64,000 bases of DNA, taken from Paraspadella gotoi. Taxonomy: Eukaryota; Animalia; Chaetognatha. Positions within the stretch are counted from its first letter, which is position 1. Each line of letters begins with the position of its first letter. Shown in pieces: positions 29,773-42,663 of this stretch. The translations under genes and the position numbers were made by a program. Location of the stretch: NCBI GenBank assembly GCA_051294375.1, contig CM119269.1:4122557-4186556 (forward strand), read 5' to 3'. A model generated the notes under the pieces. That model was not told the origin of the DNA, did no database searches, and saw only the letters and a program-made list of their open reading frames with translations.

Positions 29773-30099
29773 CTATGAAGGATTAATTGATTGGCAATGG
29801 TTTAAATGATTGATTTTATTGATTTATGGGGATTTTATTTTATTCTTTGATGGTGAAGACGGCGGGGACGGGAGCAACCCTCTTTTGCGTGTTTGATCAA
29901 AGTCTGACAGAAATCTTCTTATTCACTCATTTTAAGAAAGAAAAAAAAAAGAAAAAAAGGGAAAAAAGAAAGAAAAAGAAAAGAAAAGAGAAAGAAAGAA
30001 GAAAAGAAAGAAAGAAGAAAGAAGAAAGAGAAAGACAAAAGAAAAGAAAGAGAAAAGAGAAGAAAGAGAAAGAAAAAAAGAAAGAAAGAAGGAAAAAAA

Positions 30100-32351
30100 A
30101 AGTAAGTACGTAAATCGGGTCTTTTATTCAAATTATACTTCCCCCTTTTCAGTTCTGATCCTCTTTTCCATTACCCGAAAAGCAGTGACGATTATGCCTT
30201 GGCCCTTCAGACTGCGACGTCCAAGGAGTCGTCAAGTATATAAAATTGAATGTTTCTCAATGAAATGGGATACAAGAGCGTCGATGAAATAAAAAAATAC
30301 GCTCATATGAAGCAATTTGACGACGTCACTGAGATGCCACCTTATGAAATTGGACGATTTGATAAAAATACTACACCGGCATGGAAAAAGTTACATGGAA
30401 TGCGGATCCGGAAAAAGAGGAAAAACATGGGACGCTCATCTCCACGAGAATCTCTTACGTCAACAGCTCAAGGAACATGAACCAAAATTAAAAACGCAGT
30501 TGATTTGGGGATACCCTTGACCCATCCCGAGAACATGGGTCATTTAATGGTCGAATCCGATTATCAAAACTCTATCCAAAGGTACCTTTTTTTTAAAACT
30601 CTTTTAAAACCTTGTTGAAAATTATTATAGCATTCGTGTGTATTTATTTTCTCGTCGCGCAGAGAAAAAAGACTGTCGATGAAGATGATGGAGGGGTTAA
30701 AGAATATTTCCTCCCCCGACCACCGCCGCGTGTTTTTGGCCGTTTGAAGAATGGGACCGATGGGGAAATGGCCCGAAGCCGTCAATCGATGTCAATAGAT
30801 GCACCAATATGGTGGAGTCGGGGATTCTCTCATCGCCCTCGTATATAAAACGTTCCCATCAATCATTCATTTACTCTCGAAATTGTATTCATTGAATATT
30901 GGATTCGGTATGTTAATCTTTGAAATGGCAGAAAACACGAGAAGAAGTTTACTCAAGGGAAGAGCGAGCGGAAACAACACCAAATACGAAGGCCAACATG
31001 TTGAACTTACAGGTTCAAGAGGTGATGCTCAAGAGATACCATCGTTATGAAAAAGGTTTGAAGAATCGAGAAGGAAGGCCCAGAGAGTTTTCTTCATAAG
31101 TTTGCGGGAAAGCTTGCTCGAAAAACTGAAGATTCAAGTGTTCCAACGGCACCGCGCGGAATCTTGGGCTTTCAAGGAGTCCACATAACGAACACGCTCA
31201 CCCCGTAATCACATGATGTGGTGAACCGCGACGCTGAAACCAGCAGCTCTCAACAACCCGCCTTAAGAAACGAAGACGAAAGACGTGATCGAGTTTTGAA
31301 GGATTTCATCGAGGACAAGGTCGGAAGACGAGGGGCCCGAGATTCTCCTCGAAATGGTGGAGAAGGAGCGTGAGATAATCGACGGGGAAGATTTTCTCGA
31401 AAAAAAAACGGGGAGCCCTCATGAAAAATTTGCGAACGTCCACCCTCAACTCTGACAATAAGATGGAGGTAAAATCTCATATTTCCTTTTCGATGGGGTG
31501 GGAAAAATTGCCAAAGAAGAATATCAAAGAACGAACTGAACAAAAACCAAGTGGAGAGAAACCAAAAGGGCACAGAAAAAAATTGAGGAAATTGATCTCG
31601 TGTGAGCAACATTTGTTAATAGTTTCAAAAATTATTTTTAATTTGTTTGTTATATCATTTTCAGTTGGCTCCTTCTTTCAGTTGCGAATACAAGGGAAAT
31701 GTCCCACGTATCTACTAAACTCCAAATCAATAGCAGAACAGAAAACACATGAACATGGAGATTGAAATTACGCCTTTCGTGAGTTTAATTTTTTTCCTTT
31801 TTTTCCCCCTTTTTTTTAACTGATGCTTTTTTTTCAGGCTTCACGTCAGGATGGGAGGCATGTGGACAGATATACGCATGAAAAGGGAGGCGATCGCTGG
31901 GGAGACGATAAAGAAACCGGCATGGTCAAAATGAGACTGGATCAAAGTGTCGGTCACTGGTTTGCCAAAAGGATTCTAGACGCGGTTTCAGGGAGTGCAG
32001 GGTACGCTTGCGAACGAATCTTGTTAAAAGATATTGTTAAAATTGAGGATTGAAAAATTTGATCGTATATATTTCTCTTTCTTAATCAAGGCGATTCCAA
32101 AGACTACGACTACGTCGTTATTGTCAAAGGAGAACAGCTTCACTGCGCTTTCATGTAATTCGTAATAAAGTTTTTTTAAAGTAAATTCCACTTTACATGT
32201 GATAATCCTTTCTTTTTCGTTGTTATTTGGTATTTAGAGGAAACAGATGTTTTTGAATTTGTTACAACGATTTTTTTTTTTTCACCTATCCTCACATCTG
32301 ACCACTGTACCCTTTACTCAATTCTTTGTTGGAAGCTCTCTCTCTCTCTCG

Positions 32352-32411
<60 letters not shown>

Positions 32412-33267
32412 AATCTCTCTCTCCTTCTTCTCTCCAAAGTCAATGAAAAACAACTGAAAAGTTTGTTGAATTTCAAATGCTGATGAAGACTCGAACCAAA
32501 GAGTCGAAAACATGTCCCTTTTATTGAAAATAAATCGTTGTAACAAATTCAAAAAAACACTTTGTTTCCTCTAAATTCCACTTTAAAAAAAAAAAAAAAA
32601 GACTTGTTTCGACAAACTCTCTCTCTCCGTACAGGAATGAGGATTGAATCTCACGCCGTCGAGCGCCACGACGGCGAATACGAGAACGCCGTGATCAAGT
32701 TCCAGGCGTTTCCGTGGTCGGAGAAGGGCGAGGACGATGAACAAGAAACAGCGTGGAACCTCGAGTGCGACGTGCGACATCTGCGCCGACAAGACCCTGG
32801 ATCATGGCTTCGACGACTCGCCTGTACCAAGAAGGGTGGAAGTAAAATGATGAGCTATGTGATGGGTGGACAAATGGGCGGTGCCATGAATGGCATGACC
32901 GCGCCCCCCGGTCAGAACGCTCCAGCCTTACGGACGAAAAAGAGGTTAAAAAAATTTGTTAAAAAAAAAAAAAAAAATAAAAAAATGGATAATTTTTTTA
33001 ATTAATTTTAATTAATTGTAAAAATAAAAGTTATATTTTTTTTAATTGATTAATCGATCGATAAATTAGGAAAGCATTATTTCATAATAAACAATAATTA
33101 AAAATTAATCTAAACATTAGGCAATAAAGCCATTAAAAAAACGAATAACACAAACGTGTCTTTCTAAAAGCAATTGTTTTTCCAGATACTTGACTAATTT
33201 CATCCAAAAGAAAGAAAAACTAATATTTTATGAAAAGAGAAAAAGTCAGAGAAATAAAGAGAGCAGA

Positions 33268-33299
<32 letters not shown>

Positions 33300-34167
33300 A
33301 GAGAAAAGAGAGAGAGAAGAGAGAGAGTAAAATGAGTGAATAAGAAGATTTCTGTCAGACTTTGATCAAAACACGCAAAAGAGGGTGCTCCCGTCCCGCC
33401 GTCTTCACCATCAAAGAATAAAATAAAATCCCATAATCAATAAAATCAATCATTTAAACCATTGCCCATCATTAATCCTTCATAGATCCGTCTCCACCGA
33501 ACCGGCGCAAAAGCTCACAATTGAAACTTTGTCGTGATGGGACGCGACGGAGTGCAACTCTTCGTCCGTCGGTCGTGATGGAAAGACGAGTCTACACTGA
33601 CGATGTGAAGATAGATCACAAGCACATTTTGTGTGCGATTCAGGATTTATCAACAAAGGTGCCGCCACTCAACGCTGTCGTGAGATGGTGCAAAAGGCCG
33701 ATGGCCTCATTTACTACCGTACGGCCACCGCTTGGGTCCCACAAATCCCGCCGTCTTGTGAGGGTAAGCATTGCATACTAAGCATAGTCAGACAAAAAAA
33801 ATGAAATGGTTTTTGAAAACAAGTTCAGTTATTAAAGGATTGAAACTGTTCGAGGATAATTTTGAATAATTAAGTTACCCTTTAGATGTAATAAAAAATA
33901 ATATGTATATAGTCATTTATTTATCAATATTATTATTATTTTGTCAAAAATATGGACAGTTTGTACCAATTTCTAAAAAAACTCATGTCTATTGACAATT
34001 ACAAACTACAGTATCTTTAATTCTTCTCTCTTTGGTTATTTGACAGATGTGAATGAGTGTCTCCAGAATCCCTGTGCTGCATCCTTTGAATGCGTCAACA
34101 GCATTGGCTCCTTCCTCTGCCGCTGTCCCAATGGCGAGATGGAGTCTGAGGGCGCTTGCCACAGAAG
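30100..34167 (+). other. Indel-containing redundant copy of paralog A exons 3-11 in natural order
   Basis: Near-identical to the reverse complement of 22.05-24.1 kb and 28.0-29.9 kb, with scattered 1-nt indels that decrease toward the 3' end. Confidence 0.78.
32480..32516 (+). ncRNA. Minimal hammerhead-ribozyme-like motif (Penelope type) in intron 8 of paralog A
   Basis: CTGATGA-a-gactc[loop]gagtc-GAAA(A)CATGTC; the same locus appears at 28069-28104 (-) and ~13730-13765 (+); helix I is weak. Confidence 0.5.
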
Positions 34168-34782
34168 NNNNNNNNNNNNNNNNNNNNNNNNNCCGATCAG
34201 AGCATTCATTCGACTTGGTCGTCTTATGCTTAATAAAACGAAAAAAATATCATACATAACCATATTTCCCCCCAAAAAAATCAATTCCACCCTTTTTTAT
34301 TTAGCCTTTTAGATATTGTAAGGTTCTCATTAATGATTTTCATACAGGAATGATGTGTTATAACTATTTAGAAAACCAGGACATGAAGTAAAACAAACTG
34401 GCAAAGACGTATTGCAGAGACCCCCGGCGAAAGTCAAACAGACCTCAGGCAAGTGGAGTCCTTAAACCACCAAAGCCTGTCCAAAGTCAGGGGCAAGATA
34501 GTTTAATAATTAAATGAATGGATAATCTTTATAATTATTGTACCAATTTCATACATTCTAATATTATGGATTAGAGCGTTTATCCAATATGATTCTGGTA
34601 AAGCATAAAATATGAAAAAAATATATTAGAACAAAAATGACTACTAATTTGAAATTTTAAAAACTGACAAAAATAATTAAAATGATATTAACAATGCAAA
34701 TTTTTTATATTTTTTAACAACTTACGATAAAAGCAGCTTAAAACCAAATATACTTCTATAAAATCCACCAACCGTTCATCAG

Positions 34783-34925
34783 CGGCCATTGGTGCCGTAG
34801 GCAAGTCATTCGCATCCCAACCCAAAGGTCCGGGGTTCTAGCCCGGTGGCCCCTTATATTGAACTGCTTATATTGAACGGTTCTATCACTAACACATATC
34901 AACAATTACTGTCTTTTCACTTCAG
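34783..34925 (+). mobile_element. tRNA-derived SINE, family 1, deleted copy
   Basis: Shares head (atccacaaccgttcatcagcgg..gggttctagcccggtgg) and tail (actgcttatattgaacggttct) with 56797-57030. Confidence 0.6.
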
Positions 34926-35641
34926 GTAACAAACGTTCTACAGGCTATCTGAATTTAGTTTCTAATCAAATTTTTTTTTCAGAAACTGAGCTCATGATGA
35001 TGTAAAATTAAACATAATATAAATGTACTAATCATTAAGTAATTTTCGTTAATGAAAACTTTTGTGTAAATTATTATTTTCATAGATAATTTCATAAAAG
35101 TTTGGACCTTTACCTTTACGTAGCTGGCCAAAAGTAAAAATTTAGTCATACAGACCTAACTTTAAATCACTGATTAATTTTAGGAACATAACTCTTCCTT
35201 ATTTTTCAACATTTTCTAACTCATGCACTGTTTTTTCATTTTTTGTTAATTTTTCGACTTTTCAATAAGAATTTATAACTAGAATCCTTTTAGGTTTTTT
35301 ACAAAAAAATAATCAAACTCTGAAAGAGAAAGTGTCCAGTGTCGTGTCCAAGGAATAAAACTATAGTAACCCAATTGCTCTCAATTTAGAGGTTTTTTAT
35401 ATTACAAGCAAAAAAAATGCACATCTTATATAAAAGAAGCTAAAAATTTGAACAAATATACAAAGTAATGCGTCAACCATTTGGTCCTTGGGTCGAAGGA
35501 CATTTACAGTTGACAAAAAAAAAATCCACCAAGATGTTGAAACTTCTTCAATTCAGAAAAAGAAATTCTCTGCTTTGATTTCCGACCCCTTAGGAAACAT
35601 TTCCGAGAGGAGGAAGGTGGACCAGGTGAGCTGCCATCATT

Positions 35642-36900
35642 TTATGAGTGCAGTGGCACCTTGTCGTCGACGGGGTAACGACGACCACGACGACAGCAGA
35701 GGACCACGCCGATGACGACGATGGAGACGAGGAGGACAATAACGGCGGCGCCGAGGCCAATAATAAGGCGCTTGGTGGCGTGGTAGCTCATGTGGCCCAT
35801 GTGGTATTCGTCGTTGTCGTGGTCGTGGTGGTTGTCGTGTTGGTGGTGAGAGGAATGCTTCTCACATTTGCGCCCTTATGATTTAAAAATTGAAAGAAAA
35901 TTTTAAATATAGGTATGAATACTCAATATTGATTGAATTTTTTCACACAATATGCTCACCAGGTTTTTCCCATGGCCCGACATCCTTGAATCCATCATGG
36001 CATTTGCAGTTGAAAGACAAATTCTCCTCAATGCAGAAGGCGTTGGTGTGGCAGTTGCTGGCTTCACGCTCCAAGCAATGGGGGTATTCTGTTGAAGTTA
36101 GATTGAGAATTATGAGAAAAAAAAAGGAAACGACAAAAAGAAAACAAATAAACAAATAAACGTTGCTTTATGGTAATTGTATGAAAAAAAAGTGAAATAT
36201 GTATAAAAAAATCAGCTACCACTGTAAAAAAAATGAACAAGCAAGCAACCAAACAAGCACAGTACAAGCAGAGCATATTACCATAAATCTTTGGGGAAAT
36301 AGTGTCAAAGGAGAGTGGGTTGTTGTATCTGATGTAATCGATGACGAGCGATTGAAGTCCCGTTTTGCCAAGGTTGAAATTGTTGTTGGTTTCCACAACA
36401 TCCACACTGAGTTTAAAAGTCATTTCATTTTTTTAAAATATCTACCAGTACTAGATATGAAGTAATTTATTATGATGATAAAAAATTCATAAATTTAAAA
36501 TGTGTTTCCTATAATAAAGAATTATGAATTATTTTAGTTTTTTGAGTGGCACTCCGTGATATAAATTTAATGATATCAATATAGATTCTGACCTGTAGCT
36601 GACCAAGACTCCATTCACTTTTCCAGGCTTCATAGTCAGGATGCTGACAGAGAGCGCCGAATTGAAGATAGAGGAGTGAATCTTTGTCAACTAAAATAGA
36701 ATAAAAATTTATTAAAAAATGTTTACAAAACTTTTTTTGAAAATTTTCTTATAGAAAATTAAAAAAACTTGACCGTATCAACCATTCTCACCTCAGCTCT
36801 AAGCAGCTTCGCCGCACTCTTGTACTCCACAGAGTCCTTGAGAAGCAACTTGGGTGAGTAGATGATCTTTGCAGAGTCCAGTGTTCCGCTGAAGGTCTTC
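35642..36900 (-). CDS. Paralog A 3' part: rest of exon 11 (36900-36792) and exons 12-15 (36690-36593, 36406-36282, 36088-35960, 35874-35642); SEA, EGF, His-rich stalk, TM
   Basis: Begins at KTFSGTLDSAK, where the EGF exon of A breaks off at the N gap (34167). Exon lengths equal those of paralog B. Confidence 0.85.
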
Positions 36901-37609
36901 TCATTGACTCGTGAGGTGAGGTTCATGACTCGTGATAATCCTCTTAAACAAATCTAGTCCAAACAATGATTTTTTTTCCTTTTTACCCACTACGTACATA
37001 CATATACATACATACAAATACACCGATGTTCTAGATCTTAACTTACTGAAAGCTTCTTTGACATTTTTAAAGTCAAAACCACCTCCTCAAAAACGGCGCA
37101 GATCCACAAAACCTGTTTCAAGATCTGGCTACAAATTTAAAATTACATTCAAAATAATTTTCATATTATTATTATGGTATTATCCACCATAGTATTTTAA
37201 ATCATATAATTATTTATAACTTTATTTAATGACTAATTCTCTGGGCATTTCTAAAAAACGATTTCATTTTAATTGATATATTTTTTTTATTTCAGTGTTA
37301 TTATTATTATTACTTCAATAAAAAGCATTTATTTACCGCTGAGGGCATGTTTAGTAATGTTTAGTAACCATTGACTGAAAAATTTTTTTATCAAATGTTC
37401 AAAGAAGCGTCCTTTGTCTTAAGCCTGAATTGACTTAGAATACAGAGGAGCAGGGATGTTGAAACCCGAATGGGGAAACTTCTTCACTTTCCAAGGACGA
37501 CCTTACCAACAAATCATTACCCTCCTACTAAAGGAAAAATCACCCAGGAAAGTAAAGACAGACCTCCGCCTTTCTAGTAATCCAGCGGACCAGGTGAACT
37601 GCCATCATT

Positions 37610-40600
37610 TTATGAGTGCAGTGGCACCTTGTCGTCGACGGGGTAACGACGACCACGACGACAGCAGAGGACCACGACGATGACGACGATGGAGACAAGA
37701 AGGACAATAACGGCGGCGCCGAGGCCAATGATCAGGCGCTTGGTGGCGTGGTAGCTCAAGTTGCCCATGTGGTATTCTTCTTCGTTGTGGTCGTGGTGGT
37801 TGTTGTGTTGGTGGTGAGAGGAATGCTTCTCACATTTGCGCCCTTATGTTTCAAAAATAAAATGAATTGTTAAAAATATATTTGGTATATGTAATTATGA
37901 TTATATATACTCATTAGTATATATGCTTATTTAGTCCCAAAATATGCTTACCGGGTTTTTCCTTTGGCCCGACATCCTTGAATCCATCATGGCATTTGCA
38001 AGTGAAAGACAAATTTTCCTCAATGCAGAAGGCATTGGCGTGGCAGTTGCTGGCATCGCGTACCGAGCAATGAGGGTATTCTGTAGAAAGAGAGTTTAAA
38101 GATTATCAGGGAAAAAAAATAAAATAAAGGAAAACAATAAAGAAAAGAAAAAAATAGAAAAGAATAAGGTAAAAAATAGAAAAGCAAATAAGTAGGGTAG
38201 AGAAGAGAAGAAAATAAAAAATATAGAAAGGAAAAAAAGAAAAAATATAAAGCTAAAGAAATTGACTATACATAAGTTATAAAAAGTCAGCTGCCAACAG
38301 CAACAAGTATGGCACAAGCAGAGCATCTGACCGTAAATCTTAGCTGAAATATTGTCAAAGGCCAACGGGTTGTTTGATCTGATGTATTCAACCACGAGTG
38401 TTTGAAGTCCTGTTGAGCCCATGTTAACGTTGTTGTCGGTTTCGACAACGTCCACTCTGTTTCAACATTAGTTGAGGTTTTTTAGTTTCTTGTAATAAAC
38501 ATTATCTGTAAGTCCATTAAACCCGTCATTGTACTAATCTACCAATAGCAATAGATTTTGACCTGTAGCTGGCCCTGACGCCAGTTGCAGGTTCTTTTCT
38601 CAGAGTCAGGATAGTCACAGAGAGTGCCGAATTGAAGATGGAGGAGTAAATTTTTGTTAACTAAAATTTAAAAAAAATGTTCATTGTTAAATAATATAAT
38701 TAATAAAAACATTTATACTTGACTGGATCAACCATTCAAACCTCAGCTGTCAGCAGCTTCTCCGCATTTTTGAACTCAACAGAGTTCTTGAGGAGCAACT
38801 TGGGTGAGTATATGATCTTTGCAGAGTCCAGTGTTCCGCTGAAGGTCTTCTTCTTGTGACAAGAGCCATCAGACTCCATCTCACCATTGGGACAGCGGCA
38901 GAGGAAGGAGCCAATGCTGTTGACGCATTCAAAGGATGCAGCACAGGGATTCTGAAGACACTCATCCACATCTGTCAAAATGAATTAAATAAATTAAATT
39001 AGTTCATAATCTTCATGAATAACATTGTATTTTTGGAGAACTTCAATATCATTAATTTAGGATTAAAATCATTGGTCCACTCTAAATATTTATTGCACTT
39101 ACATACATTTACCATTTAAACAATTCTTGGAAAGCTTACCCTCGCAAGAAGGTGGGATTTGTGGGACCCAAGCAGTGGCCGTGCGATAGTATATGAGGCC
39201 ATCAGCTTTTTGTACCATCTCGCGACAGCGCTGGGTAGCCGCACCCTTGTTATTGAATCCCTGTTTACATTGAAACGTTGCCTGTGATCCTATCTTCACA
39301 TCGTCAGTGAGGCTCGTCTTTCCATTGGCAACCGACGGGCGAGAGTTGCACTCCTCACGTCCCATTACGACAAAGTTCATCATGACCTTATGCGACGGTT
39401 CAGCGGAGACAGATCTATCATTGCGAGATTTGATTGGTTGATTGATTTATCATATGAAATTGTTACAACCAATAGAAAATAATCCATTCATTTAAAAAAT
39501 AAGATATCTTGCTCCTGCCCTTGGACAGGCTTTGGTGGTTTAAGGCCTCCATCAATTTTACAAGATAATGTCACAGCATATCTCTGGAAGCTTTCAATCA
39601 AGATTCTCTTAAAGTCTCGTTTATTCACTCCCATAGTACCTGGCTTCCCTATCCATGAAGTGGTATAATATTTCCAAGAATCTTTAAATTATATAGAGGA
39701 CCACTCCATACATAATAGTTTTTTATTGTGACTGATTTATTAGTTTATTAGTTTATTCATTTTTTGACTGATTTATTGAATTTATTAAAAGCACTCGTGC
39801 CCATGAAAAATCTTCCTTGATGCTTTATCTCTTACCTTCTTTTACGTCCATATGGTCCAGTTGGACTTTGGCTCGGCGATGAGCTCATCATCATCATGCC
39901 CATCATGTTACTTCCAGCCTTCTTGGTACAGGCGGATTCGTGGAAGTCGTGCTTAAGGCTCTCATCCTTGCAGATGTCGACGTCGCACTCAATGGTCATG
40001 CTGCTCTTATCATTTGTCCTGGCCTTCTCTGACCATAAGAATGCTCGGTAGATAAATTCGGCATTTCTGTAGCCGTCAGATTGATGCTCGACAGCGTGAG
40101 ACTTCCAATCCTCTTTCCTGTTTTCCATCAAAGAGAGTGGGACATTAAAAAAAAAAGACTTGTTTTATATTTTTTTTTAAAAATTATCCTACATGAAATC
40201 CGGCGTGAAGCTGTTTTCCTTGATGAGTATAATAAGGTCCTTGCCTTTTGAATAGACCTAAATTGAGGAGATAAAAAAAAATATAAATTCTATACAAAAT
40301 AAAAGGTATTTTTAAAACTATTAAATGCAACGTACCCTGCACTCCCTGAAACCAGCATAAAATCCTTTTGGCAGATCAGCGATGGATATTTTGATCCAGT
40401 CTCCTATTTTGACCATGCCGGTGGCTTTTTCGTTTTCCCAGTTATCACCCATTTGCATCCGCATGTTGGTCCACATGCCTCCAATATTTACCTGAAGACT
40501 GAGAGAGAGAAAAAAAAATAGGAGGTGCAAACAAAAATCAATACCGTAAAATTAGGAAGAAAAAAAAATGAAAAGAAAACTTACGAGAGACGTAATTTCA

Positions 40601-42587
40601 TCTCCAAATTCATGTTTTCTGTTCTGTCACCGATTTGGATTTTGGAAGAAACGTGAGACATTCCCTTGTATTCACACCTATGGAACGAACCGATAGAACG
40701 AATTCGATATTTTTAAGTGGAAATATCGATAAGAAAGAACATTAAATGATAATAATAATAATATTAGATAACTCACACAAGATCATATTCCTCCACCATG
40801 TTAGGTCCCTTCACTATAGTTCCGCTCAGGACGCTTGAGTAATTTTGTTGAAGAAAGTTATGCACTTGTGTAATTAACATGTCCATAGGGATCTCCCCAG
40901 GACGTCCGGGGACGCGGATTGTGAAGTTTCCGTATGATAATCTGAAAACCATTTCGACTTGTCGCAAGATAAATTCCGGACGGATGTCGACTGGACTATA
41001 CGTCACCGTCTGCAATATTATATTTTGGACAGCGCTTCCCGCATGGAAGAGAAATTCGGACAAACTTTGCGTCAAAGGCATAAATATTGGCTGGAAAACG
41101 GTGAATGTGGCGTTGGCGGTGTTGTTGGATAACGAGGCGTTGAGTCTTTCTTCATGGTATATCTTTGAAAAAGGGTGGAGATAATTCGACGGGTGAATTA
41201 AAAACTGACCCAAGTTGACCGTGGCGTTTGGAAAAAACGTCTTCAAGTGTTCCAGCAGACCGTCATCGAGTTTATTTAGGATATCATGAATTTCCATTTT
41301 GATTCTCTGGTATTCAATCTTGAACCGTTCGGTTTGAAAGAAGCAATTTGGATTTAATCTGGCGTACAATTTGGCCTTGTATTCCGTGTTGTGACCGCTA
41401 GCTTTTCCTTTAGAGTAGTACTTCTTCTCGTTTTTCTGAAGTTAGATGGAGGAAAAAGAAAGGAGAGAAAGAAAGAGAGAGAGAAAAAGAGAGAAAAGAG
41501 AGAAGAGAGAAAAGAGATAGTAAAAAAAAATCATAAAAAGGCAGAGATAGAAAAATAAAATGAAGGAGAAGATGTTAGTGTAAGTATTATTGGTAAAAAA
41601 GAAACAGTTTAACAATCCTATCCACTAACCATTCGAGCGCATCTATTGACGTCGATCACGGCTCTCACCACATCCCAATGTTCCGCTTTGTCCAGCTTTA
41701 TACCAGGCGGCAGGTGATTGGGACTGAAATAATCCGGAACATTCTTCATCATCTTTTCAAAGTCTTCTTTCTGCGAGCGCAAAAAAAATATAAGAATTGC
41801 AGATATAAGAATTGCAGATTTGCAGAATCTGCAAAAAAAACTTTGGCTTCAGAAACAAGTAAGAAAGATTCTTTAAACTTTATATATATTTGCTGAGTTT
41901 GTACTAAATGTTTTGTTATCATTTGCCCAGGACTTCTAACAGTTAGCCCGGAAAAGTTGGCAAGTCAAGGAAACCATCTCTCCGAACTTAGTTCAAAACA
42001 ATGTTGTTCGTTCCTCACTTTTAGAATTTTAATTAAAGTTAAATTTAGAATTTTTACTACGCTTTAGTAAGTATGGGTGGAAAAATTACCATGTACAGTT
42101 GAAAATCAGAATTTGGCATGTGCTCCTCCATTTTGTCGAGATCCTTCAAGATGTCCATGAGCAAATCCACGTATTTTCGGTCGACGTCAAGATTATAACG
42201 CAAGTGAAAAATCATGTCAATCACGGGCCAGTTCATTCGTATTTCCGGGGTAAACGGATATATCTGCGTCGTGTTTCCATAGTAATTCTGTAACATCTCT
42301 TTGGTCACCCCATGGCGCTTAATGAGTATATCGTCGAGACTCATTTGGGCGTAAGTCAACATTTCCTTTAAGTCGTGGATTCCCAACTCTTTGAAGAAAA
42401 CGTGAAAATATTGGGCGAATGCCCGCAAGTCGCTCTTGAAGGGACAGAAAGTGAGATCGTCGCTTCCCTCTTGGTGATAACCGACCCAGAACTGTGAGGG
42501 TAAAATTAATATTAAAACGGGACTGGGTGGTTGTGTTTGCATTATTCACTTTTTGTCTTTTTATCCTCACTTTTGTTTTGTTTTTTT

Positions 42588-42663
<76 letters not shown>

